A stretch of 64,000 nucleotides of DNA from an uncultured Phycisphaeraceae bacterium (GTDB lineage Bacteria; Planctomycetota; Phycisphaerae; UBA1845): assembly GCA_964586145.1 (NCBI GenBank), contig CAZPHH010000002.1:38176-102175 (forward strand), given 5' to 3'. This document shows, piece by piece, positions 46,058 to 55,021 of the stretch (positions are counted from its first letter, which is position 1; the number at the start of each line of letters is the position of its first letter). The notes below the pieces were generated by a model. It saw only the letters and a list, made by a program, of their open reading frames with translations, was not told the DNA's origin and made no database searches. The position numbers and the translations under genes are program-made.

Positions 46058-47584
46058 TTAACCGGTGGCTATGGCCGGCGGCGGCGCCGCGTTCGCGGTG
46101 AACGCCCTAGGCGCAGGCGGCGCTACGTCCGTGGTTTTGGCCGGCAGCGCCGCCGCGTGCCCGGTGGTCTTGGCACCGCCGAGTTGCGACTCGAGCTGCG
46201 CCACGACGGTTCGGATCGGCATTTCTTTCTCGCCCGCGGGGGTCATCCACTGGGCGGTCCCGTCCTCATTGAGCATCTTGTTGATGCGGCGGGCGGCCAG
46301 GATGACCGTGGTGTGGTTCTTGTTGCCCATGTGTCGGGCGATCTCGGGAAAACTCATGTCCGTGTGCTTGCGGGCCAGGTACATCGCCACTCCGCGAGAG
46401 AGGGCGATGGTGCGCGTCTTGCGTGAGGTGTGCAGGTCGGCCGGCGTCAGCCCGAAGAAGATGGCGCTGATGCTCTCGATGTCAGACAGCCGGACGATCG
46501 GCACCGCGTGCTGCACCAGGTCGCGCAGGCCGCGCTCGGCCAGGGACAGCGTGAGCGGCTGATTGGTCAGCCGGGCCATGGCCACCAGCTTCAGCAAAGC
46601 GCCTTCCAGCTCGCGGATGTTTGCCTGGAACGCTTCGGCGACGTGCTGGATGACCGGCTCGGGCACATCCATCTTCAAGGCGGCCGCGCGCTTGCGGAGG
46701 AACGCGGTCCGGGTTTCCAGGTCGGGCGCCTGGATCTGCACGACCATGCCGGAGACGAACCGGTTGACCAGCGACTCGGACAGGTGTCCGATCATCATGG
46801 GCGGCGCGTCGGAGGCCATGACCAGTTGCTTTCCGGCGGCGTCGATGGCGTTGAACGTGTGGAGGAATTCATCCTGGGTGGCCCGCTTGTTGGCGAAGAA
46901 GTGGATGTCGTCCACCACCAGCAGGTCCACGCAGCGATAGCGATGACGGAACGCGTCCAGATCGCCCGTCTTGATCGCGTAGACGAACTGATTGGTGAAA
47001 TCCTCGCCGGAGACGTAGACCCAGTTCAGGTCGGGGTAACGCTCCTTGGCGTCGTTGCAGACGGCTTGCAGCAGGTGCGTCTTGCCCACGCCGCAGCCGC
47101 CGTGCAGGAACAGCGGGTTGTACTGCCGGGCCGGCTGCTCGGCCACCACCTTCGCCGCGTGGAAGGCCAAGCGGTTGGAGTCACCCACGACGAAGTCCTC
47201 AAACGTGCCGCGCAGCGGCGGGCCCGGCGGCGGTCCGCCCTTGCGACGGTGAATGCGGGCAAGTCGCTCCGGATTGTTGGCGGCGAAATCCACCTGGGAG
47301 TCCGGCTGCTTCTTGCGAAGCGTACGGGCCAGGGATGGATCGATCGCGAACGACACGGCCAGGCGCCGTCCGGTCACCTCCTCCGCCGCGAGTGCGATCG
47401 TTTCGCAGAAGTGGTTCTCAATCCAACTGCCGACGAACTGGTTGGGAACGTCAACCTTGAGGAACCCGTCCGTCAGCGTGAAACGAGTTGCATTCTTGAA
47501 CCACACTTTGAACCGCTGGGGCCCGACTTTCTCCGCGATGCGGCTTTCGAGCAGGCATACGGTGTCTGTAACGCAGACGCTCAC
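46058..47584 (-). CDS. dnaA: Chromosomal replication initiator protein DnaA
   Basis: 508 aa. GTG start with a GGAGGAG SD. Walker A GGCGVGKTHL, Walker B LLVVDDIHF, sensor motifs, and the C-terminal DNA-binding helix FGLTPADLHTSRKTRTIALSRGVAMYLAR...GNKNHTTV. Confidence 0.95.
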   Translation of the reverse strand: MSVCVTDTVCLLESRIAEKVGPQRFKVWFKNATRFTLTDGFLKVDVPNQFVGSWIENHFCETIALAAEEVTGRRLAVSFAIDPSLARTLRKKQPDSQVDFAANNPERLARIHRRKGGPPPGPPLRGTFEDFVVGDSNRLAFHAAKVVAEQPARQYNPLFLHGGCGVGKTHLLQAVCNDAKERYPDLNWVYVSGEDFTNQFVYAIKTGDLDAFRHRYRCVDLLVVDDIHFFANKRATQDEFLHTFNAIDAAGKQLVMASDAPPMMIGHLSESLVNRFVSGMVVQIQAPDLETRTAFLRKRAAALKMDVPEPVIQHVAEAFQANIRELEGALLKLVAMARLTNQPLTLSLAERGLRDLVQHAVPIVRLSDIESISAIFFGLTPADLHTSRKTRTIALSRGVAMYLARKHTDMSFPEIARHMGNKNHTTVILAARRINKMLNEDGTAQWMTPAGEKEMPIRTVVAQLESQLGGAKTTGHAAALPAKTTDVAPPAPRAFTANAAPPPAIATG

Positions 47585-47755
47585 TGCATACTCCTCCCCT
47601 GCAGGGTCGCGTTTTCGAACATTTCGGAAAGGTAGGTCTTCGGGTCGGAATCGCGCGAGCTATCGTCCCTGACCGCGTCGATCTGAACGTCTCAGCACGG
47701 AGTGAAGTCTACCGTCGGCTTCGGGAAGCGTCAACAGAAACTCTTGAGCGAATTC

Positions 47756-47884
47756 TTATGCACAATCGTATAGGTCCCGCGGCGCCGAAAGTTAGACGCC
47801 GACGCAAGCGGAAAGTTTTTTTTCGGACACACGGAAGCGGCTGTCATGTGAACAAATTCTGGAAAACGCGATCGGTTATTCACG
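47756..47884. promoter_or_regulatory. dnaA upstream region with three DnaA-box-like 9-mers and a T8 tract
   Basis: TTATGCACA (47756-47764) fits TTATNCACA. TGTGAACAA (47847-47855; rc TTGTTCACA) has 1 mismatch. TTATTCACG (47876-47884) has 1 mismatch. A T8 run lies at 47816-47823. The segment is locally AT-rich. Confidence 0.4.
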
Positions 47885-48826
47885 GCTTTCGAGTGGCGTC
47901 GACACGATCCACGCCCGTCGTCGTCCCGTTTCGGCGAAGCCCCATTGCCGGTAGAGAACCATGGCCGGCTCATTGCGACTGTCAACCGCCAAGGTCAAGC
48001 AGGCGTCCTGGTGGGCGATGCAGGTCTCCACTGCCCGCGCGAGGAGAGCGTGCCCCACTCCGGCCTGCCGCGCATCGGCCGCCACACCCATATAGACGAC
48101 CTCCAGCGCCGGTCGACGCAATACCTGGGAGAGCAACAGCACTCCGACCGGGCGGTCGTCCGCCAAGGCCACCCACCAGAGATCGGGGTTGAAGATGCCG
48201 GCCGCACGATGGGTGGCCAACACGTCTTCGGTCTGTCGCAGGCCGGTCAGGGGCGGGCAGTCCAGGCTGTCGACGTACGTCCGCTCCAGTGCGTCGATGA
48301 AGAGGGAGTGGCGTTGGGGTGAGTACGATACAAAGGTCAGGTCGGAGCGCACCCGATTCGAACCCGGCGGAACACGGACGGGCCGTTCGAGGTAGACCAA
48401 CTCGGCCAGGAACTGAAACCCTGATGCGACGAGCACTCTCTCCGTGTCCGCGGACTCCGTGGGCACCATGGCCTGAATGATCACCAGCGACTGTGGCCAC
48501 AATCGCTGCTGGAGACCACGGATCAGATCGCCCAGTTCCACCGGCCGACGCCGCGCGACGTGATCCGGGGGAAGGTACAGCAGGGCGGTTCGACCGGGCG
48601 ACACGATCGCCGCACAGGCGCACACGAGGCGCCGGCCCTTGTGGCAGGCGGCCACGGGGTTGATCTCCAGGGTAAGTTGGGCAATGAACTCCAACAGGTT
48701 GTTCAGGCGGCGTTCGGTTTCGGCGTCGGGGACGGTGTGGCCGGCCACGACAAACCGCAGCGTTTGCAGGTAGTCCGGATCACCTGGAGCCAGCCAGCGG
48801 AGTTCTCCTGATAGCCGATCTGCCAT
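47876..48826 (-). CDS. GNAT-family N-acetyltransferase (two-domain)
   Basis: 316 aa. The C-terminal half VVYMGVAADARQAGVGHALLARAVE...EPAMVLYRQWGF is the acetyl-CoA-binding motif A/B pattern. Confidence 0.75.
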   Translation of the reverse strand: MADRLSGELRWLAPGDPDYLQTLRFVVAGHTVPDAETERRLNNLLEFIAQLTLEINPVAACHKGRRLVCACAAIVSPGRTALLYLPPDHVARRRPVELGDLIRGLQQRLWPQSLVIIQAMVPTESADTERVLVASGFQFLAELVYLERPVRVPPGSNRVRSDLTFVSYSPQRHSLFIDALERTYVDSLDCPPLTGLRQTEDVLATHRAAGIFNPDLWWVALADDRPVGVLLLSQVLRRPALEVVYMGVAADARQAGVGHALLARAVETCIAHQDACLTLAVDSRNEPAMVLYRQWGFAETGRRRAWIVSTPLESRE

Positions 48827-48938
48827 GGTTGGCCAACGGTTTGTTCCGACCCCGTTCCCGGATTCGGGGATTCCGGCCCCGGACCGGCAGGGGTTTGCCG
48901 CATTGTAGGGTGGCGAGCGGTCCGTGGACAGGTGGCCG

Positions 48939-48966
48939 TTGCATGGGCTCGGGGCCGCTCTATAAT
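48939..48966 (+). promoter_or_regulatory. Sigma-70-type promoter of the HEAT/kinase/STAS/mla operon
   Basis: -35 TTGCAT (48939-48944), 16-nt spacer, -10 TATAAT (48961-48966). Confidence 0.5.
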
Positions 48967-49005
48967 CTCAACCACTGTAAGCAGCGACTCTTGTGGCAGG
49001 GCCCC

Positions 49006-49464
49006 GTGACTACGCAGACCAGGTGGTACCGACGGATTGCGCTTCTCGCCGTCGCGGCAGGATGCTTGGCGCTATGCACGTGTGACGCTCCGCGGGGAGG
49101 GATGGACCGGCTGGAATCCGGGGACCCGGGGCAGCGCATCAGGGGCATCGTGGATCTGACAAACCGGGCGACCCAAACCTCGCTGCCTTTGATGGACCGG
49201 CCGCGACCGGCGGACCTGATTCCCCGGCTGGTGGACCGCTTGGAGGACGAGGACGAGGCAGTGCGCTTTTACGCCATCCTGGGGTTGGAGAGGCTGACGG
49301 GCACGCGATTGGGGTACCGCTACAGCGGCTCGGTCGTTCAGCGTCGGGCGGCGGTCGAGCGCTGGCGAGCGTTTGTGGCCGGTGCGGCCGAGGAAAGCGC
49401 GTCGGCATCCGTTCACGCTGAAGAGATGAGCGACCCCGGTATGGAAGGAGACGGACCCCGGTGA
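49006..49464 (+). CDS. HEAT-repeat putative lipoprotein
   Basis: ORF 48829..49464. I chose GTG 49006 because the TATAAT promoter lies inside the longer ORF. Signal/lipobox LLAVAAGC; HEAT motif LIPRLVDRLEDEDEAVRFYAILGLERLTG. Confidence 0.6.
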   Translation: MTTQTRWYRRIALLAVAAGCLALCTCDAPRGGMDRLESGDPGQRIRGIVDLTNRATQTSLPLMDRPRPADLIPRLVDRLEDEDEAVRFYAILGLERLTGTRLGYRYSGSVVQRRAAVERWRAFVAGAAEESASASVHAEEMSDPGMEGDGPR

Positions 49465-49892
49465 GTGTGTCTCCTCCGCTGGAACTGAACCTGCTGAGCG
49501 ATCCGGCGAACCTGGCCACGGTGCGAGCGGCCGTGCGGCAAGTGTCCGTGGAAGCGGGTTTCGCGGACGCGGACGCGGAGCAGATTGCACTGGCCGTGGA
49601 CGAGGCCCTGGCCAACGTCATCAAGCACGGGTATGGGATGCAGACGAACCGGCCGATTCGACTTCGCGCAGAGGTGGTTTCCGAGGAGCGGCGGACGGGG
49701 CTTCGGTTCGTGGTGCGCGACTATGGCCGGGTGGTGGATCCCGCGACCATCTGCGGGCGTGATCTGGAGGAGGTTCGACCGGGCGGTCTCGGGGTTCACA
49801 TCATCCGCTCCGTGATGGACGAGGTGTGTTACGAGCCGGCGGTCGGGGGCGGCACCTGCCTGAGCATGCTGAAGTGGAAACGTCATGACTAG
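49461..49892 (+). CDS. Anti-sigma-factor-type serine protein kinase (RsbW/SpoIIAB family, HATPase_c_2)
   Basis: 143 aa. N-box DEALANVIKHG and G-boxes VRDYGRVVD and GGLGVHIIRSVMD. The GTGA start overlaps the upstream stop. Confidence 0.85.
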   Translation: MSVSPPLELNLLSDPANLATVRAAVRQVSVEAGFADADAEQIALAVDEALANVIKHGYGMQTNRPIRLRAEVVSEERRTGLRFVVRDYGRVVDPATICGRDLEEVRPGGLGVHIIRSVMDEVCYEPAVGGGTCLSMLKWKRHD

Positions 49893-50226
49893 GGCCCTGA
49901 AGGAAACGCGTCAGGTGGGTTCGACAACCGTGGTGGTGCCGACGGGCGAGGTGGATCTGCAGCGTTCGCCGGGTCTGTACCAGGAGATGATGGCGATCTG
50001 CCGCACAAAACCGCCGCGGCTGGTGGTGGACCTGCGGCAGGTGAGCTACATGGACTCATCGGGGGTAAGCACGCTGGTGGAGGTGTTCCGGAGTGTCAAT
50101 GCGTACGGGGGCACGCTCGTGCTTCTGTCGCCCACGGAGCGGGTGCTGGGCATGTTCCAGATCGCGAAGCTGGACCGGTTCTTCACGATCGTTGATTCCG
50201 AGGACGAGGCGCTGAGCGATGGATGA
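49885..50226 (+). CDS. STAS-domain protein (anti-sigma-factor antagonist / MlaB-like)
   Basis: 113 aa. LVVDLRQVSYMDSSGVSTLVEVF carries the conserved phosphorylatable-serine context. It has 8-nt overlaps with both neighbours. Confidence 0.85.
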   Translation: MTRALKETRQVGSTTVVVPTGEVDLQRSPGLYQEMMAICRTKPPRLVVDLRQVSYMDSSGVSTLVEVFRSVNAYGGTLVLLSPTERVLGMFQIAKLDRFFTIVDSEDEALSDG

Positions 50227-51088
50227 TTCGCCGTTGGGTGGATCGCGGGTCCCGTTTGCATCGCCACTGCGGAAGGTCGTGGAGGCCGTGGGGGACGCGG
50301 TCCTGTCGGTAGGACGTCGCATCGCGGGCATGGTGCGCTTCACGGGTGAGATGACCGTGGTTCTGCGGGAGACGGGCCGCTGGATCGGCCGCAGCCTGCT
50401 GCGCCCGGGGCTGCGTTTCCGGCGGGACGCCCTGGCGGCGCAGATGGTGCGAGTGGGGGTGCGCAGCATCGGCATCGTCGTGCTGGTGCAGGTCTTCATC
50501 GGAATCATCCTGGTGCTGCAACTGGCGCCGACGCTCGAGAACTACGGGCAGATCGAGCAGGTGGCCACGGTCGTGGCCATCGCCACGGTGCGGGAGTTGG
50601 GTCCGCTGATTACGGCCATCGTGCTGAGCGGGTTCGCGGGCGCCTCGATCGCCGCGGAGATCGGGGCGATGAAGGAGACGGAGGAGCTCAAGGCGCTGCG
50701 GGCCCACGCGCTGAATCCGTACCACTTTCTGATCATGCCGCGTTTTCTGGCCACCGTCATCATGATGGGCGGGCTCGCCGTGATCGCGGACGTGGTCGGG
50801 GTGTTCGGCGGCTTCATGACCAGTTGGCTGGTGCTGGACATCCCGCCGCTGACCTATCTGGACATCACGCAGGCGGCGCTGGATCACACGGATTACCTGA
50901 CGGGTCTGTTCAAGGCGGGCGTGTTCGGCATGTTGATTGCGCTGATCGCCTGCTGCGAAGGGCTCAACGTGACGGGCGGCGCGGAGGGCGTGGGCCTGGC
51001 TACCACGTCCACCGTGGTGAAGTCCATTGTGGCGCTGATCGGCGTGGACGCGATGTTCACGGCCGTGTTCTACGTGTTCGGCATCTGA
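50219..51088 (+). CDS. mlaE: MlaE-family ABC transporter permease
   Basis: 289 aa. AIATVRELGPLITAIVLSGFAGASIAAEIGAMKETEELKALRA is the MlaE/Ttg2B signature region. Confidence 0.85.
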   Translation: MDDSPLGGSRVPFASPLRKVVEAVGDAVLSVGRRIAGMVRFTGEMTVVLRETGRWIGRSLLRPGLRFRRDALAAQMVRVGVRSIGIVVLVQVFIGIILVLQLAPTLENYGQIEQVATVVAIATVRELGPLITAIVLSGFAGASIAAEIGAMKETEELKALRAHALNPYHFLIMPRFLATVIMMGGLAVIADVVGVFGGFMTSWLVLDIPPLTYLDITQAALDHTDYLTGLFKAGVFGMLIALIACCEGLNVTGGAEGVGLATTSTVVKSIVALIGVDAMFTAVFYVFGI

Positions 51089-51114
51089 GGGGCCCGGCCC
51101 CGGCAGGATGGGCG

Positions 51115-51981
51115 ATGGAGTCGGACGTGGTCATCTCGGTGCAGGAGGTGGTCAAGACCTTCCCGCGAGCGGACGGCACGCCGGCCCGCGTGCTGGACGG
51201 GGTGACCTTCGACGTGCATCGCGGTGAGACGATCGTGGTCATGGGCGGCAGCGGCTGCGGCAAAAGCACGCTGCTGAATTGCCTGATCGGCGAGCTTCCG
51301 GTGGACGGTGGACGCATTCTCTACCACGCGGCGCGCATGCCGTCGTCACGGGACATTTCCGGCATGAGCGAGTCGGAGCTGAACGAGTTGCGCAAGCATT
51401 TCGGCATTCTGTTTCAGAGCGGCGCGCTGTTCAACTCCATGTCCGTGGCGGACAACATTGCTTTGCCCATCCGCGAGCACTCCAGCGTGCCGGCCCGGCT
51501 GATCGAGACCATCGTGACGCTGAAGCTGGAGCAGGTTCGGATGCTGGAGCATCGCGAGAAGATGCCCGCCCAGCTTTCCGGAGGACAGAAGAAGCGGGTG
51601 GGGCTGGCCCGGGCCACGGCCCTGGATCCGGAGATTCTGTTCTATGACGAGCCGTCGGCCGGTCTGGACCCGGTGACGTCCGCGGCCATCGACGAGCTGA
51701 TCATGGACCTGTCCAGGAAGCTTCTGGTGACCAGCGTGGTGGTGACGCACGAAATGGACTCCGCGTTTCGCATTGCGGATCGGATGGTGATGCTGGATCG
51801 GGGCCGGGTGCTCAAGATCGGCTCGCGGGCGGAGTTCGAGATTCTGCGGGATGCCCCGCCGGACTCGCTGGCCCGCCACGAGGAGAAGCTGATGAACCAG
51901 TTTCTGAACGGATACGGTCGAGGGCCGCTGACGGATGCAACCGGAACGAGCGAGTTTGAACGATTGATTACCGCCGGATGA
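51115..51981 (+). CDS. mlaF: MlaF-type ABC transporter ATP-binding protein
   Basis: ORF 50824..51981 trimmed to ATG 51115. Walker A GGSGCGKST, signature LSGGQKKRVGLA, Walker B ILFYDEPSAGLDP. Confidence 0.9.
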   Translation: MESDVVISVQEVVKTFPRADGTPARVLDGVTFDVHRGETIVVMGGSGCGKSTLLNCLIGELPVDGGRILYHAARMPSSRDISGMSESELNELRKHFGILFQSGALFNSMSVADNIALPIREHSSVPARLIETIVTLKLEQVRMLEHREKMPAQLSGGQKKRVGLARATALDPEILFYDEPSAGLDPVTSAAIDELIMDLSRKLLVTSVVVTHEMDSAFRIADRMVMLDRGRVLKIGSRAEFEILRDAPPDSLARHEEKLMNQFLNGYGRGPLTDATGTSEFERLITAG

Positions 51982-52003
51982 CGGGGCGGGGAGCGTTTTC
52001 ACC

Positions 52004-53359
52004 ATGGCCAAGCCGACGAACACATTTGCCCTGGGCCTGACCGTAATCGTCATGCTGGCCCTGTTCTTTGGCACGTTGGTGTTCATTGGGGGCAGCGATT
52101 TGTTTGGGCCCGCCCGGAACGAGTACGCCGTGCGCTTCCCCGCATCATCTCCGCTGCCGGACGAGATTGCCGCCGGCGCCCCGGTCTTCTGCGGCCTGCT
52201 GCAGGTCGGCTCGGTGGATCGCGTGTCGCATGAGATCGAACCGGGCGCGGACGACCGGCCCGATCGGTTGTTCGTGCGGCTGGACATCCGGGTGGACACG
52301 CTCGTGCCGCTGCGAAGCGACTGCCGAATCGTCGCCCGCGGACCGCTGTTGGGCGGAGGCGGAAAGCTGGTGATCGTCGACCCGGGGCTGCACGGACAGC
52401 CGGTTCCCCCCGGGTCGGTGATCGGCGGAGTGCCCGGCAGCACGTTTGACGCGGCCCTCGATACCCTGGCGGGCGAGCTGGATCCGCACAACCCGGCCGG
52501 GCTCGTGGCCCTGGTGAAAACCGAGCTCGACGCGGGGAATGCCCGCTCCGTGATGGCGAAGATCCACCGGTCCGTCGAGGACCTGAACCTGATCACGAAG
52601 AGCCTGGCCCGGCAGATGGACACGCGCGACCGTGAGGCGCTGCTGGCCAAGCTGGGGCAGATCCTCGACCACATCAACGAGGCCACCGGCTCGCTGCGCG
52701 ACCAGCTCACGCTGGAGTCGGAGGATGTGGTGCTGGGCAAGCTGCACAAGGGCCTGGATACGCTCAATGCCGACCTCGAAGCGGTGCTGGCCGTGATTCA
52801 GGAGAACCGGCCGAACATCGACGGCACCCTGGCCGGCCTGAGGCGAACGGTGGACACGGTGGAGCACGGCATCGCCACGCCGCTGGCCGAGCAGTTGGAC
52901 GTAGCCGCCAATACCAGCCTGCTGAACAAGCTGCACGTTTCCTTCGATCGGATGAACCAGTCGCTGGCGGACCTGACCGTGGTGACGGGCGAGACCCGAC
53001 AGGTCCTGGTGCTGAACAAGGAGCGTCTGAACGACATCTTTGCCAACGTGAACGAGACGAGCGCGCACCTGAAATCGGCGTCCAAGGAGATCCGCCGCAG
53101 CCCCTGGCGGCTGCTGTATCGGCCGAGTCTGGAGGAGACGCGAGAGCTGAACATCTTTGATGCGTCGCGGGAGTTCGCCACGGCTGCGGCCCACCTGGAC
53201 GATTCAGCGACGCAGTTGCGGGCCCTGCTGGACGCTCACGGCGGCCAGGTCGCCGCCGATGACCCCGAACTGCTGGCCATCAAGGCCCGGCTCCAGGAGA
53301 CCTTCACGCGATTCACCGAAGCGGAATCCGCTCTATGGCAGGAGCTGTCCACCCGCTGA
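52004..53359 (+). CDS. mlaD: MlaD/MCE-domain protein with a long helical C-terminal extension
   Basis: 451 aa. N-terminal TM anchor, an MCE-like beta region (YAVRF...VFCGLLQVGSVDRV), then ~300 aa of helical repeats. Confidence 0.75.
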   Translation: MAKPTNTFALGLTVIVMLALFFGTLVFIGGSDLFGPARNEYAVRFPASSPLPDEIAAGAPVFCGLLQVGSVDRVSHEIEPGADDRPDRLFVRLDIRVDTLVPLRSDCRIVARGPLLGGGGKLVIVDPGLHGQPVPPGSVIGGVPGSTFDAALDTLAGELDPHNPAGLVALVKTELDAGNARSVMAKIHRSVEDLNLITKSLARQMDTRDREALLAKLGQILDHINEATGSLRDQLTLESEDVVLGKLHKGLDTLNADLEAVLAVIQENRPNIDGTLAGLRRTVDTVEHGIATPLAEQLDVAANTSLLNKLHVSFDRMNQSLADLTVVTGETRQVLVLNKERLNDIFANVNETSAHLKSASKEIRRSPWRLLYRPSLEETRELNIFDASREFATAAAHLDDSATQLRALLDAHGGQVAADDPELLAIKARLQETFTRFTEAESALWQELSTR

Positions 53360-53424
53360 GGGATCGGGACCGCGCGTGGTCGGGCCGGACGGATGCGAGA
53401 GCCGCGGCACGCATTGTTCCGGAT

Positions 53425-53457
53425 CCGGCAGGTCCGATATTTCCCCCGTCCTGCCGG
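53425..53457 (+). terminator. Hairpin downstream of mlaD (weak terminator candidate)
   Basis: ccggcagg / 17-nt loop / cctgccgg: 8-bp stem, no T-run. Confidence 0.3.
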
Positions 53458-53615
53458 CGCCAGACCGCCCCCGGCGGATGCCGCCGATAATAAGATCAAT
53501 CTCCGTCCGACAAGAACCGATGCCTTGAAGAACGTACGATCTGCGACCCGGCCGGGCCGACCGGCACAACAAGCCCGCACCCCGGCCGTGCGGGCGGGAG
53601 CGACGATACAACGGT

Positions 53616-54995
53616 ATGTGGCCACTGCGCACCATGGGGTTCCTGGGTCTGTTCCTCACCGCGTGCATCGCGGCCGTGTACTATCCCATCATCGGCCTGG
53701 CGAACTACGTGGCGATCTATCAGTTGTATCCGGAGAGTCACTGGTGGGGTCTGCCCTTGCTGCCGCTCGGGATACGGTACTCACTCTGGGCGGGTGTTTC
53801 GATGCTGGTGGGCATGGCGGTCGGTCTGATCACGGGGCGTTTTCCGGAGAACCGGCCCTGGCTGACCCTTTGGGAGGTGCTGGTGGCCTTTCTCGCGGCG
53901 CTGACGGTCCTCAGCTACTTCACCACCAGCGACGTCGTGCCGGTGCAGACCATGATGCTGGACAAGTTCCTGAAGATGATGCTGTTTGTCTTCTGCTTTG
54001 TCCGGCTGATGACGAATCGGCTGAGCTTCATGCTTGTGATGTGGGTGTTCGTGGTGGGCAGCCTGGTGCTGGGCCACGAGGCGTACAACACACCATCCCA
54101 GGAGTTTGTGACCGGCCGCCTGCAGAGCATCGGCGGCACGGACTTCCGGGCTTCGTCGGGGTTTGCCGCTCACATGGCGGCCATGCTTCCGTTGATCGGG
54201 GCGACTTTTCTGGTCACGCGGACGTGGTGGCTGCGGATCATCCCCCTGCTCGCCGGCGTGCTCAGCTTCAACGCGATCGTGCTCTGTCGCACGCGGTCCG
54301 CGTTCATCGGGTTGATCGCCGGCGTCCTGGCGGCTTCCCTGATGGTGCCGCGGTCGTGGCGATGGAAGGTCTATCCGGGACTCATTGTGGCCGTGATCGG
54401 AGCTTGCTTTCTGATTGACCCGCACTTCGTGGAACGTATGGAGACCATGAAGACGCCGGAATCGCGGGAGGCGGACGCCGCCATCAGCCTGCGCTACCAG
54501 ATCTGGGAGGCCGGCCTGGCCATGGTGGCGGACGAGCCGCTGGGCGTGGGCATCGGCGCTTTCGGGTTTCGGATTGCCGAGTGGAACCCGGCGCTCCACC
54601 GGCGGGCGGCCCACAACACGCTGCTGCTGTGCGCGGCGGAGATCGGCGTGCCGGGCCTGGTTGCCTATGTTCTGATCATCCTGGTGTCGCTGCTGCAACT
54701 CCACATGGTGTACTGGCGAGCGGACCAGACGGACGATCCCAAGGGGACCCGTATCTGGGCCTTCGCCGCGCTCATCTCGCTGGTCATTTACGTTGCGGCC
54801 GGGCAGTTCACCGAGCGTTTCTACACGGAGTCTCTGTGGTGGATTCTGGCGATGCCCACCTGCCTGCAGCGCATCACCATGGGGGAGATCCACGCACGGG
54901 CCCTGGCCGGGGAGGCGGAAGGCACGCCCCTCTGCGACACCCCCGACGCACCTCTCGACGACGCACTGCCGACGGCACCCGTCTTCGCGGACTGA
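53616..54995 (+). CDS. O-antigen ligase / polymerase family (Wzy_C) membrane protein
   Basis: 459 aa, ~10-12 TM segments. The loop RTRSAFIGL...and AHNTLLLCAAEIGVPGL is typical of the O-antigen ligase domain. A start at 53634 is possible. Confidence 0.75.
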   Translation: MWPLRTMGFLGLFLTACIAAVYYPIIGLANYVAIYQLYPESHWWGLPLLPLGIRYSLWAGVSMLVGMAVGLITGRFPENRPWLTLWEVLVAFLAALTVLSYFTTSDVVPVQTMMLDKFLKMMLFVFCFVRLMTNRLSFMLVMWVFVVGSLVLGHEAYNTPSQEFVTGRLQSIGGTDFRASSGFAAHMAAMLPLIGATFLVTRTWWLRIIPLLAGVLSFNAIVLCRTRSAFIGLIAGVLAASLMVPRSWRWKVYPGLIVAVIGACFLIDPHFVERMETMKTPESREADAAISLRYQIWEAGLAMVADEPLGVGIGAFGFRIAEWNPALHRRAAHNTLLLCAAEIGVPGLVAYVLIILVSLLQLHMVYWRADQTDDPKGTRIWAFAALISLVIYVAAGQFTERFYTESLWWILAMPTCLQRITMGEIHARALAGEAEGTPLCDTPDAPLDDALPTAPVFAD

Positions 54996-55021
54996 TTCCA
55001 CGCACGCCGCGGCGCCCTCTC

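Noticed and set aside
53621-53627. B12-box-like GCCACTG near the start of the O-antigen ligase gene.
   Set aside because: It lies inside the first codons of the ORF, and none of the remaining cobalamin riboswitch core is upstream.
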